From: Ostrea edulis
Taxonomy: Eukaryota
Direction: 5' to 3'
Length of the DNA stretch: 64,000 nucleotides
NCBI RefSeq assembly: GCF_947568905.1
Contig: NC_079164.1
Coordinates: 94,674,001-94,738,000, forward strand
The position numbers were made by a program, and so were the translations under genes. Shown here in pieces: positions 52,234-64,000 of the stretch (within the stretch, counting starts at the first letter, position 1; every line of letters begins with the position of its first letter). The notes under the pieces were generated by a model. That model made no database searches and had not been told where the DNA came from. It saw nothing but the letters and a program-made list of their open reading frames with translations.

Positions 52234-52683
52234 GCCTGGTTCCCGAGGCCTTCCGATGTGCAAGCACGAAGGCCAGGCACTCACTGTCGAATGGATTCTT
52301 CCACTGATCAAAATCCAATATGGCGGACTCAATGGTAAGTAATGGAAATGCACGTAAATGAGCGTATCATGGCTTAATTAGCTGTGTCACTTTCGATTTT
52401 ACGTCATTAATTGCCAGAGACAGACCTTAGGAAATGTATAATACTTGGTTTTCCATGTGACACGCTTGTTTGATATAGTCTTATCCCTTTGTTTTCAAGC
52501 AAGTAGGTGATTCGTCAACTCGCATATTTTTCACGTGTGTTAAATTAAATCTAACCGTGTCACTTCGTTTTTTCTACTATTGTTGGGTTGCATAGAGTTG
52601 CTGGTGAAGATATAGACTGAGTTTTATAGATAATGAGTGCCTGGCCTTCGTGCTTGCACATCGGAAGGCCTCGGGAACCAGGC
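52234..52683. mobile_element. 450-bp MITE with perfect 50-bp TIRs, TA-flanked
   Basis: 52234-52283 is the exact reverse complement of 52634-52683. Confidence 0.85.
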
Positions 52684-54951
52684 TATATATGCGTCTGTCG
52701 GGGGGGGTTGGGGGGGTTAAACAATAGACCTATTGTTCTCGAGAATAATAGAAGGGGTCATATTACAACCTTGACCTACTTAAAGACCGAGAAAATAAGC
52801 ACCGCCTTCAAATTTACCTGGCCTGTGACCCCTTGTCAATCAGGAGAAATTGAGCTTCACATTGGATGCTAAAAATTTATGGACATTTAGTTACTAGTCT
52901 TTGTGTATACCTTATCTATCTTATCAGGCGATCGAGGCGCCCGTGCAATCCTTTGATGCTTACCGTGCAATCCAACTGGAGAGGGAATTTTCATGTAGAG
53001 ATAGTCATACAATAATAGTAGTAAATTTGCATACAATTACATCAATTATAATAGAATATAGTAGGGAATGCTTAGGAATGGGTACGATTGATAATAATTA
53101 TTATGGATTGTTAGAATATAATTTACACGGACATCGATTTTATGCTAAACAGATTAAATTATGAGTAAATACATTGTACGTAAATGAAATTTTGTTTACA
53201 CTCATTTGAAAATCTATAAGTGTAATTTTCCCTCGAAACATGGCAACAAACGTGTATGTAACTGCAATCTTATTAAAATTAGACGTTAAATTCTCTCGTG
53301 TATTCGCATAGATGTGTATGCGAGCGGACCTAACATTTAATTTTAATTAGATTGATGTAACTGTCAACTTATCTGAAGAGAAGTTAGCCACTAGGGCTCT
53401 TTCTTGCATATAATGGTTGGAATTGGGATCCAGCGGAAGAACAAATTCTTCGTCTGGACCATTTATCGAAGGAACTGTCAGAAATTCCGAATGTCCTGAC
53501 TGTTTTGTAGGCCATGCGTTATGGACGAGTCACACAGACAACTCTGGTGTGCCTTCCAGAAAAATTAATTCAAACTGAATAAAACTTTCTGAGCAGTTTT
53601 GGAATATATACATGTAGTCATCACGGGGCGTGGGACGATGATCGGTACATAGCCAGAAAATCTACCGCAGTACGCAGGAACTCCCGTCGGAAACTATATG
53701 TTTGGCAGTCCATCGTCGGATACCGGGTATCTGACGGAGGCAGTTAAATGGATACGAGAAAATTTAGAATAAAGAGTATTCTGCCTAAGCGTTCTCATTT
53801 ATATAAGATAAATTTATCGAGCTTTAATTTACATGTTTGATTCATTAGATTGACTACCATGAATTTTTCAATCTTACAAAAACGTACAGGTAATGCAGGT
53901 AACACAGATAACATCCTATGTATTTGGGACGGTATTTCCTCGGGCTCGGGGCTTCACACCTGCCTTAAATTAGCTCCGCCCTTTACTTAACTTACCTGAG
54001 GAAAACCGAACGGTTGAAAATCTCGGCCTTTAAGGACAATAGATGCCTACAAATAGCTGGAAAACCCCATGTCTATTGTTCTCGAATACAATAAAAGGGG
54101 TCATATGACATCCTTGGTTATTTTTAGATATTGTTCTCGAGAACAATAGATAGGGTTACTTGACATCCTTGACTTACTTATGGGATCGTTGCATCGAAGA
54201 TCAAAGTGATTGTTTAGGGGGACTAAACAATGAACATATTCTTGACAACAATGGAAAAAACTAAAAATAGTTGGAAAATCCATGCCAGATTCAATGAGGG
54301 TATTGTCCCAGACAACAAAGAAACGCGATTCCTAATCGTCAATGTATGAATTGTACTGTGAAGAATTACAAAGGGTCCTTTAGCGGTGTTTTTCCGTTCC
54401 CCGTTTGGGTTTCCAATACAACAAAGGCCAAAAGACTAGGGTTCCTTTCTGGGACTTTTAAAACGTGACATTTAAATAACCTTCACACATCAGTGATCTC
54501 TGTCGTCCCTATTGTAAAGTTCTTTAATCCTGGGTATAAAGTTGATGTGATTTAACTAGTTATGGGAAGAGTCTATCGATAAACGTTACGACTAATCAAA
54601 TTCTTTGTTCACCGTGTATGATATGTGTGTTGCTGTATGTATTATAGCACAAAGGATCGTTTCGGATCCTTAATCGGTGGTTTTACCTTTCCCGTTCTCG
54701 TTTGAAAGCCATATCTGGGACATTTACATAACCTTCACGCTGCAGTGATTCCTATCTTCGGATCATAAATAATAGTAAACTTCTCTAGTCAAGTGTAGAA
54801 AACTTGATAATTTGATATGTTGATTATGTTCTGATGTAAATATAACTACGAATACTGACTCGTGATATTTGACACCGTGTAGCGATAACCATTGACAGAT
54901 CAAAGTTTTGAAGTATACATTGTATTTTCATCCATGCTTGTCATTCCTTGC

Positions 54952-57950
54952 TTACCACTGAACACTTATATGTATTATATGAACACTCCGAATCGAGTAT
55001 GGTGTGGTTTTGATACTAGAGTGTACGGAAGTTTGATGTGCCATTATGACTTGAGGGAGATACTTATCCCAAGTTTTCTGGTTGTGCTCACAGTACATTG
55101 TCAACATGGTAGCTAAAGTCCGATTGAAGCGTTCCACACTACCATTAGTTTGAGGTCTCATACTACTTGTCCTAGTTTTATCAATATGCAGGAGCTCGCA
55201 CATCTTTTTAAAAGCATTTGACTCAAAGTTTCTTCCTTGATCAGAGTGGACTTGTAAAGGTGTACCAAAACGACAGACTACTTCGTTGACAAAAGTTATT
55301 ATAACAGTTTCAGCTTCTTGATCTGGAATAGCTATGGCTTTGGTCCATTTAGTGAAACAATCAATCATAACCAGAATGTATTTGTTGCATTTTGTAGACT
55401 CAGGAAGGGGTCTCAGAATATCTATCCTTTCCATTGGCTCTCCGACCATGTGCTGTCCTAGTGGTGCTCTGTTTTACTTTTGACTGGATTTACGGGCAGC
55501 ACAAAAATCACATCTTTTGCAATATTTTGAAATTTCTTTTGACATTGATGACCAATAAAATTAATTTTTTATGCGTGATGTGGTCTTCTCAGCTTCAGGG
55601 TGGGCTCTCGTGGGAACATCATGAAAATAATGAATAACCTCTGATTTCTTCTGTTTTGGGACAACTACATGTAATATGATCTTGTTGGTATCTGTATCTT
55701 GGAACTCTCTGTATAACAGACTATTGATTACTTTAAGTTAATCACATTGTCTCCACAAGGTTTTGAATGCCTCAGAATTGTGTGATATGACATCCCATTT
55801 TGGTCTTCCAGAACCATCTGTCAAGGCTAACAAAAGCATGCCAATGGATTGATCTTCCAGTTGAATCTGTCGAATTTCATCCCCCCACCCCTCTAGTAAT
55901 ACTTGGTTTCTGAATTGGCATTGAGCTATTTCTTTACTTCTGGTTGTCACTCTAATTGTTGGAATGGATTCCTGACCTTTAATTTTAGTGAATTTTTCAG
56001 TATCACTATCGTCACTGTCATCTTTGTTTTGTTGTTGTCTTAGACAAGGCTTGCAAGGATTTCTCAATAAGGCGTCTGTATTTTGATAACTTCGTCCTGG
56101 ACGGTGAATAACTGTAAAGTCATAAGTTTCAATCTTTTGAAGCCATCGTACTGTTTGACCTGTGGGGTTCTTTAAGCTTCTGACCCAGCTGACAGCAGCA
56201 TTATCAGTGCGAAGTAAAACTCTCTGGCCATAGAGGTAGGGATGAAACTTCCGAAGGGCAGTGACAACAGCTAACAACTCTTTACGTGTGACACAACAGA
56301 ATTGCTCATGGCGGTTCATCGCTTTACTCATGTAGGTAATGAACTCTTTCCTTGCCATCTTGATTCTGAGACAAAACTGCACCCACAGCTTTATCACTGG
56401 CATCAGTATCCAGAGTAAATGTTAGTCCAGGTAATGGGAATCCCAGTAATGGTGAAGTTGTAAGAACTGTTTTGAGGGTGTCAAATGCATTCCGACATTC
56501 ATGGGCCCATAGGAACTTTGTCTTTTTCTTGTGTAAATCATGGAGTGTCTTTTTCTTGTATAAATCATGGAGCGTCTTTTTCTTGTATAAATCATGGAGG
56601 GGCTTTGCTATCTCTCCAAAATCCTTCACAAATCTTCTGTAGTAAGAGCAAAGTCCAAGGAATGAGTAATAATTATTGTATATTTATTTCGGCACGAGTT
56701 TCCGCCCTTCGTCCAAATAAATCAAGATACACCGAAATAAATATCCAATACTTACTTGTATCATGACCAATTAGACATGTAATATCTGTCATGTGACCAG
56801 TGGTTATTGCATGATTTTTTATATTACCCCAATGAAAAGTAAAGTTTTTGTCAGGTGATAGCTTGGGTATTTTCCTCTTCCCGCCATGCATGCTCATCGC
56901 GCACTTATCGCCCGATAGTTGGTGAGAGCGGATGTGCAGAATGTGTCTGATCAGAGCACCGAAACTATGATCATTGGCGATTTGTAACACGATTTGAGTT
57001 TACAGTTTTTATTCAATGATGACCATGAGGATTTTCTCACAAGCATGTGAGGTTCACACATTTCGTGAAATAAACTGGGAGATGATAAAATGGATATCGA
57101 CACGGCCGCGAGCTTAGATCTAGTGAATTCTAATTTGAACTTCACCATGTGTTGAAATTATCAGGTGGTGTTCAATGATTTATTTACACAGCACAGTTTT
57201 AAAAAATATGCAAATGATGGTTCCGCCCACTGGTGTATCTCCAGTTATTGTACACTGTTTATAAAGGAAAAACACCACAGCCCTGATACAATCTGATTGT
57301 CTTTCGTTCTTTGGAATTGGCCAGTTTTTGACAGCAGATATTTTCTCAGTATCTGTCTGGATACCCCGTGAGGAAGCTTTGTGACCTAAATATTTGACTT
57401 GTTCTTGGAAGAATATACATTTTGATGGCTTGAGCTTTGAATTTGTTTCTTGAAGTCTTTTGAAAAATATTGGCCAAGTGCTGAAGGCCTTCATCAAAAG
57501 TTGAAATTATGTCATCCATATAGACTAGGCACTCAGTCCACTGTATACTTTTCAATACATTCTCCATCAATCGCTCAAATGTAGACGGGGCGTTTACTAG
57601 ACCAAACGGCATGACTCGAAATTGAAAAAGTCCCAATATTGTGACAAATGCAGTCTTTTCTTGTCCTTTTCAGTCATCTCTATTTGCCAAAAGCCCGAAT
57701 TGATGTCCATTGTTGAAAACCATTTGGCACCAGAGAGAATCAAGGCATTCATCTATACGGGGCAACGGATAGGCATCTTTCACAGTTTTTGCATTCAGCA
57801 GTCTGTAGTCAACACATGCTCTAGTGGTTCCATTCGGTTTAGCTACTAAAACTAGATTTGATGCCCAGACACTGGTGGAGGTTTCAATCACGCCTTTTTC
57901 TAACATTAGGACATGCCATATTCTTCCAAAGAGCTGATCCAAAATGTACG
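54952..57950 (-). mobile_element. Decayed Ty3/Gypsy LTR retrotransposon pol (RT - RNase H - integrase)
   Basis: RT: WASNLVLV..CVDYRLLN..DAYPLPRID, MPFGLVNAPSTFERLM, YMDD. RNase H: TDASDKAVGAVLSQ, ELLAVV, RTDN. Integrase: IDIL, DCFTKW, VHSDQGRNFES, NGSVERFNRTL. Many stops and frameshifts; LTRs, gag and protease not seen. Confidence 0.93.
56666..57291. mobile_element. 626-bp unclassified insertion splitting the Gypsy RT
   Basis: Removing it rejoins KNERQ(I)R-SFLGLCSYYRRFVKDF. Confidence 0.7.
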
Positions 57951-58092
57951 AAGTGATAAAAGTAGGCTTAATTAATCTCAAGTTAACCCTATTACATTGA
58001 CAAATAGTAAAGCTAACTCGTACCCAGAGAGATTCTATTTTAACTATGCATTAAGAATAAATAATTTACAAAAGATAATAAGAAAGAACATC

Positions 58093-58094
<2 letters not shown>

Positions 58095-58144
<50 letters not shown>
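58095..58144. repeat. (CA)n microsatellite
   Basis: Direct. Confidence 0.95.
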
Positions 58145-58150
<6 letters not shown>

Positions 58151-58794
58151 CCACCTAAAAATAAACTATGTAAATGAATGAACACTATTAAAATGAAATA
58201 AGAAATGAACAAAATTTGAGAGAAAAATAATGTAAATAACAAGTTTGAATAAGTAAACAAAGTGCATCAACTCCAAACAAAAACAAAGAATAAGCAGCCT
58301 AGTAAATTGAATCAACATCAGCATCTGCTCTACTCCAACTATTTTCCAAGAACAAGGAGCAATCCTCCAAACTCGGAGAAAATTTACAAGTCGCTTATTT
58401 TTAAAGGATTTTTATATTTGTACTTATTACAACAATATCAACCTTTGCATCCATGATTTAAAATTTGTATCAAGTGTCATTACGAGCAATGAACAACAAA
58501 CAGCTAATCCAAAAACTAATATATCTAGTGATTATGTAACTGTGTATCCCTATCAACTGAAAGTGATAATTTAACTCTCGAAATGTAATTTAATCCATGC
58601 ATTAACATTTTTGTACGATTTTATTTCAGAGCTGTATCCCTATCGACCGAAAGTGAAATTTTAACTCTCGAAATGTAATTTGGTATATGCACTTAAATTC
58701 TGTACGACTTTATTTTAAAAATATCCCGCTTAATTTCAAATCCTAACCTTTCATGTGATAACGTATAAACTCAGAAACCTGTATAGTATTGATA

Positions 58795-59393
58795 CGATCT
58801 GTAAATGCCACAGAGACACACAGCTACTGGTCAGGTTCCCTGTCCTGGCTTTACGATCTGTAAATGCTGCAGGGACACACAGCTACTGGTCAGGTTCCCT
58901 GTCCTGGCTTTGATCTGTAAATGCTACAGGGACACACAGCTACTGGTCAGGTTCCCTGTCCTGGCTTTGATCTGTAAATGCTACAGGGACACACAGCTAC
59001 TGGTCAGGTTCCCTGTCCTGGCTTTGATCTGTAAATGCTACAGGGACACACAGCTACTGGTCAGGTTCCCTGTCCTGGCTTTGATCTGTAAATGCTACAG
59101 GGACACACAGCTACTGGTCAGGTTCCCTGTCCTGGCTTTGATCTGTAAATGCTGCAGGGACACACAGCTACTGGTCAGGTTCCCTGTCCTGGCTTTACGA
59201 TCTGTAAATGCTACAGGGACACACAGCTCAGGTTATGCTCAGGCTTTTGAGAGCTCAGGTTCCCTGTCCTGGCTTTACGATCTGTAAATGCTGCAGGGAC
59301 ACACAGCTACTGGTCAGGTTCCCTGTCCTGGCTTTGATCTGTAAATGCTACAGGGACACACAGCTACTGGTCAGGTTCCCTGTCCTGGCTTTG
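58795..59393. repeat. 57-bp minisatellite, about 10 copies
   Basis: Unit gatctgtaaatgctacagggacacacagctactggtcaggttccctgtcctggcttt, with occasional +ac and one rearranged unit. Confidence 0.95.
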
Positions 59394-59890
59394 AGTACGT
59401 TTTCACCAGGAGTTCATTCACCAAAGAAGACGCGGGTCTAATCGTGACTATAACTTTAGCAACCCTACACTTAGTATGAGACAGCACATGCTATTTAGGG
59501 TATCCTAAAACAACATTCATCTGGATGAAAGATAAATCAAAGTAATTATTACCTCTTTTGTTTTGTCTCACAAAATGACAAAGCACACAGATACATCATC
59601 TGATTCAGAGGCAAACGATGCATTTGATTTCAGTAATAATAACCATTGAGATGATTAGAAATGTTGAATTAAATAGGGGTTTTAATGAACATTTGATAAT
59701 TTATACCTTTGAACAGATTGTTGTGCGCCCTTTGATCATATTCTATCCCTCCTCTTTGTTAGAAACATTGGATCACATTACAATGAATAAAGGTATATAT
59801 AAATACATAAACCCGCTGGAGCTCCTTGAGGAAAGCGCCTTACTATGTCTATCATGTAGCAATTTCCCGTTCATTTGCAAATCTTAGAAA

Positions 59891-62011
59891 ATGAATGCAG
59901 CTCGTATCATTGTTCTTACATTCTGCTCAGTGCAGTATGTGTTGTGTGAATTGAATACGGAATATTTTCCCGCCAATTTAGGAACAAACTGTCCGGAGAG
60001 GTACCAGTGCCAGAGAAAAACTTACTTTCCAAACTGTCAGTGTGATTCTGATTGCTTAATATACGGGGACTGTTGCCATGACTACAGAAACAATCACACA
60101 GTTGAAAACAAAACGATTCCAGAATTTACATGCGAGTTTAGAGCAAGCATTGACTCTGACAATTTCATTTACATTGTGAATTCTTGTCCTTCTGGCACTG
60201 ATTCATATCTTAGAGAGAAATGTGAAGCAGAAAACGATGTGTTCGACCACCCGTCTACTGGTCCGAGTTCGGGATATCTGTATAAAAACATGTATTGCGC
60301 TATGTGTAATTTTGATGATTACGTCATGTGGAATCCAGGACTCCAGTGTCATTGGAGATTATCCATTCCGGCGAATTTGTCCGTCTCCTCCTTAAATAAC
60401 GATACCAACTGTTACGTGACACACTCGCCTCCGGAAAAAATCCAGAAACAGCGGACTTGCTTTCCAATCAGTTCTAATGTAACGGAATGTCAGAACGAAA
60501 CATCGATGACGTTATGTAAATACGGATATTATGTGCCTCTGTTTGGACTGAAGATTGTCTTTCGAAACATCTACTGTGCAAAATGTCAGGGTTATCCAGA
60601 ATCAAACATATCATGTGGCGGCATGAAGGAGACAAAGTTAATTCCTCCTAAACCAAATAGAAATGGTTACACCTATAGTTACAGAATTCTATTTGATCTC
60701 AATTTGAAAAAGGAGACGAGAGAGACGCGCTCTCGCAATAGATTGGTGGGGTCATCTACGAATTCACTATCTAATGTCTGTAGTGCAGATCATCTCCTGG
60801 ATCCTTTGACAGGGCAGTGTTATAAGATACTGTGCAAATCTCCGTTTGTTTATCAAAATGGTAAATGTTTATTGAAAGAGCGGCTTACTAACAACGCAAA
60901 CAATTCCTCACCATGCCTCTCTCGAATTTTTCGCCAAAATGAGTTCGAATTAATCAATTCCACTACAATTTTTGTGTTCTCCTTCAACATAATGATGCAT
61001 GATTTTACGCTCTCAGAAAATGAAAGCAGTGCATACGTTTGCATAAACGGAACGGACATTGATAATCAAATAACTTTCACAAAACTGGCAATTTATTTTT
61101 CAAAAGAAGAGAGTTTGCTGTCTTTCGTTGGTGGAATTTTGTCATTAGCGTGTCTGCTGGTGTGTTTGACTGTTTACGTTTGTTCGCCCAAGTTGCACAA
61201 TATTCCCGGCAAGAACCTTATGTGCTTGATGGCATCCTTGTTCGTTGCGCAATTGTTACATTTGGTAGCGCCATTTATCTTCGAGATGAAAAACCAAAGT
61301 TTATGTAAGGCCCTATCTATTGTAACGCATTTTGCTTTCCTAGCTGCTTTCTTTTGGATGAATGTGATGTCTTTCGACATATTTTTCACATTTTCAACGG
61401 GGCTTACTAATTTGGGTGAAAGGGAGACTTCTTCAAAGCGCATGCGATTTTACTGGCTCTATGCTTGGTTGGGTGCTGCTATCATAGTTGGGTCCGCAGC
61501 CTCGGTCGAGTATACTTCGGATTCAAGTTTTAAACCCGGATATGGTAATGGAATGTGTTGGATTTCAAATAGCAGAGGTTTGCTCATCTTCTTTCTGGTC
61601 CCCATCGCAATTCTGTTGTTTTCAAATTTTGTTTTCTTCCTTATATCTGCCATAAGTATACACATGTCATCCAAGAAAATTTCCCGGATTCTGAAGAGAA
61701 AGAACACGTGCAAATTACTCATTTACATAAAATTGTCGGTTGTGATGGGGTTAACCTGGTGTTTTGGTTTCTCGGCAGCGGCAACCAATAGTCAGGCGTT
61801 ATGGTATTTGTTTATTTTCTTCAATGCTTTACAAGGATTCTTTATTGCAACTTTCTTTGTATGTACGAAAAAGGTGTTCCAAATCGTCCGAGATGGCGTC
61901 TCTTCATTTTATTCCAATATCAGGTCGTTTACTGAGAGAAAATCTCTAGCTTCAAAGCCTGAGAGTGAGGAAGGTAGGAATGCTTCTATGAGACTCGAAA
62001 CCCGATATTAG
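59891..62011 (+). CDS. Intronless family-B (adhesion/Methuselah-like) GPCR with somatomedin-B domain, 706 aa
   Basis: Signal peptide, SMB motif CQCDSDCLIYGDCCHDY, Cys-rich ectodomain, and seven TMs with 7tm_2 hallmarks (HNIPGKNLM, FFWM, CWI, GLTW, NALQG). Confidence 0.92.
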   Translation: MNAARIIVLTFCSVQYVLCELNTEYFPANLGTNCPERYQCQRKTYFPNCQCDSDCLIYGDCCHDYRNNHTVENKTIPEFTCEFRASIDSDNFIYIVNSCPSGTDSYLREKCEAENDVFDHPSTGPSSGYLYKNMYCAMCNFDDYVMWNPGLQCHWRLSIPANLSVSSLNNDTNCYVTHSPPEKIQKQRTCFPISSNVTECQNETSMTLCKYGYYVPLFGLKIVFRNIYCAKCQGYPESNISCGGMKETKLIPPKPNRNGYTYSYRILFDLNLKKETRETRSRNRLVGSSTNSLSNVCSADHLLDPLTGQCYKILCKSPFVYQNGKCLLKERLTNNANNSSPCLSRIFRQNEFELINSTTIFVFSFNIMMHDFTLSENESSAYVCINGTDIDNQITFTKLAIYFSKEESLLSFVGGILSLACLLVCLTVYVCSPKLHNIPGKNLMCLMASLFVAQLLHLVAPFIFEMKNQSLCKALSIVTHFAFLAAFFWMNVMSFDIFFTFSTGLTNLGERETSSKRMRFYWLYAWLGAAIIVGSAASVEYTSDSSFKPGYGNGMCWISNSRGLLIFFLVPIAILLFSNFVFFLISAISIHMSSKKISRILKRKNTCKLLIYIKLSVVMGLTWCFGFSAAATNSQALWYLFIFFNALQGFFIATFFVCTKKVFQIVRDGVSSFYSNIRSFTERKSLASKPESEEGRNASMRLETRY

Positions 62012-63211
62012 TGAAGTACAGAAACTTTATAAGAGATCTGCAGGCATGTTCACTAGGCTATCTTAGGACTAAGTATGTCTTAGGGCACGTCCTAGTTTTA
62101 AATCTGGTTCTCGAAGCTCTCCCAAATTTAGGCCTCGCCATAACTTCATTCTAACTTTAGGACAACATAATTCTTGTTCTAAGATCATTCTAAGTTTGTA
62201 ATAAACACGACGATAGCCATGATATTAAAGCAAAAAGTTCACAAAAACTGTGAAAAGATAATTAAGGACATTGGCAACCCGCGAATTACTGAATTGTGAG
62301 TAAGTATAGACTTTCGTGGTTTTCATAGCCTCCTGGTGCTTTTGGGCCGGGATGCCTTTTCCTTAATGTCACTAGTATAGGAAAGGCCCTTTCATTCTAA
62401 TCTCAAGAAGATTTAAATTTTCCCTGTTGAAAAATGTGGATTCCTCTTCTTACTCATGATAATTCACTGATTCGCACAACTCACAAATCAAATGCAGACC
62501 TGTTTGACTTGTGTCGGAAAAACTGATTGTTCAATTATTGTTATCAAAGACCTTGACATGAGCAGATGTTAGTCAGGGTAGATCGTTCGATTTTTAAACC
62601 GAAAACAGGTATTGGATGACTCAGTGGTTTTGCATTGCATTCATCGTAAAAAGAAATAATAATATACTAGTATATCAAACACACTTGTATAGGTTCGAGT
62701 ATCACAATATCCGTTTGTTTTATTACTTTTTTAAGTACATGTAGTAAGTAATTTCGATAAGTTTTACTTTATAACATATGAATGTTATATCGAATTCACG
62801 ATATCTATATTAGGAATATTCATATAAATAAATAGTGTCTGTTTTTTCTCTACCTGTCTGTGTCTAGATTGTATTGTTTACTCGGAAATATGTCATGTGT
62901 ATAAAATACATGTAAAGGAGTAAAAATGTTCCGAAGTAGTTAGGACATCCTAACGCAAGATGTTCCTAAGATATCGTCGGGAAACATCATATGACGTGTC
63001 CTAATTTTTTCTTTGGATGTTCTTAACTTTTTTCCTAAGTTATATCTTGGGACATATCTTAAGAAAGTTTTGTGAACATACCCATCAAGAGAACTGTAAC
63101 TTCAGGGGCGGGGGTTGTTGTTGCTTTTATGGAAGGGAATTTCCGCCATAATTCTATATCCTCCTTGTATTCTTAATCTTAACCTACTTTTTTAAATTCC
63201 ATGTTACCTTA

Positions 63212-63617
63212 TATAACATGAAAGTTGAAGATAACGAACAGTGATCAATTCCACAACTCCTATAAGGTATACAAAATAGCCGGCCAAACACAGACTATAC
63301 CAGAGGTGGAATCAGACAAACACAGACCCCTGGATATACCAGAGGTGGGATCGGGTGAATAGGAGGAGTAATCACCCCCTGTCGACAGGTCACGCCCGCC
63401 AGGAGCTCTATATGTCTTAAGTAAAGAGAATAACTCGCAATCAAAATCAATGTGTCAAGAACGGCCCAACAATCGGTATGAAACACGTGAAACAACATTT
63501 GACCCAGTGACAGGCCGTATTGGCAAACTAGATCATTATAACGCTATAAACTTTACGAAATGCTGACTTTAATTGAGACTGTTGAAACCCCTGTAACATC
63601 AACTTGTTTGTCAGTAT
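63212..63617 (-). mobile_element. Retroelement 3' portion (same family as 10620-11130)
   Basis: Reverse-complement match to the RT end and conserved tail. Confidence 0.72.
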
Positions 63618-63702
63618 ATTTCAATTTTCATTCTGAAATTCTATTTTACTACATGACATCTTTATTTCCATGTCACATTGTTATATTTCAATTTTCTCAA
63701 GC

Positions 63703-64000
63703 GCCGCGGTGGTCTAGAGGTTAGGGCGTTCACCCCGCATGCGAAAGACCTAAGTCGTTAAAAAAAAAAAAGGTAGTGACAGTTCCATCACAGAACGCAC
63801 GGTATCAGGTGTGAATGTCATGGGTCCTCGGGAATGACCTTAAAAACGGATGTTCCGTGTCACAGTAGATGTGGCACGCTAAAGAACCCTCACTGCTCAA
63901 AGGCCGTAAGCGCCTAGTGAAGGCCTATATTTGAAGCCCTTCACCGGTCTTGGTGACGTCTCCATATGAGTGAGTGAAAAATTCTCGAGAGAGACGTTAA
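63703..64000 (+). mobile_element. tRNA-headed SINE (V-like core), running to the window edge
   Basis: gccgcggtggtctagaggttag head, agacctaagtcgttaaa..ggtagtgacagttcc core, and a 3' tail shared with the SINEs at 9110 and 26745. Confidence 0.7.

Noticed and set aside
54290-54900. 3' LTR of the Gypsy element
   Set aside because: No TG..CA boundaries, PPT or matching second copy in the window.
58795-59393. CRISPR-like array or repetitive protein (ICKCYRDTQLLVRFPVLAL)n
   Set aside because: Units are contiguous with no unique spacers, there are no cas genes, and the context is eukaryotic. The ORF is a by-product of a 57-bp (3n) unit.
63295-63498. ORF AGVTCRQGVITPP.. as a gene
   Set aside because: It is the multicopy retroelement tail seen four times in the window.

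Overview
AT-rich eukaryotic (not prokaryotic) DNA. The repeat families, GT-AG introns and gene types point to a bivalve mollusc, probably an oyster (inference). Five protein-coding genes were reconstructed by hand: (1) the 5' three coding exons of a TMPPE-like membrane metallophosphoesterase on the minus strand, running off the left edge; (2, 3) two tandem, 4-exon, membrane-anchored JmjC/cupin-fold dioxygenase paralogs on the plus strand; (4) a 264-aa minus-strand orphan gene with a KH-like GxxG motif; (5) an intronless 706-aa SMB-domain family-B (adhesion/Methuselah-like) GPCR. The rest is dense, nested mobile DNA: a decayed Gypsy pol, Tc1 and Harbinger transposase relics, Penelope-like RT fragments, SINEs, Helentron-type non-autonomous elements and many MITEs and palindromes. 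Two non-coding elements stand out. One is a 351-nt-period tandem of two intact minimal type I hammerhead ribozymes (retrozyme architecture) inside TMPPE intron 1. The other is a complete 365-bp miniature LTR retroelement (TRIM) whose LTRs are built around a tRNA-like sequence. No CRISPR array, rRNA or convincing functional tRNA was found. All coordinates were read by eye and no database searches were run.
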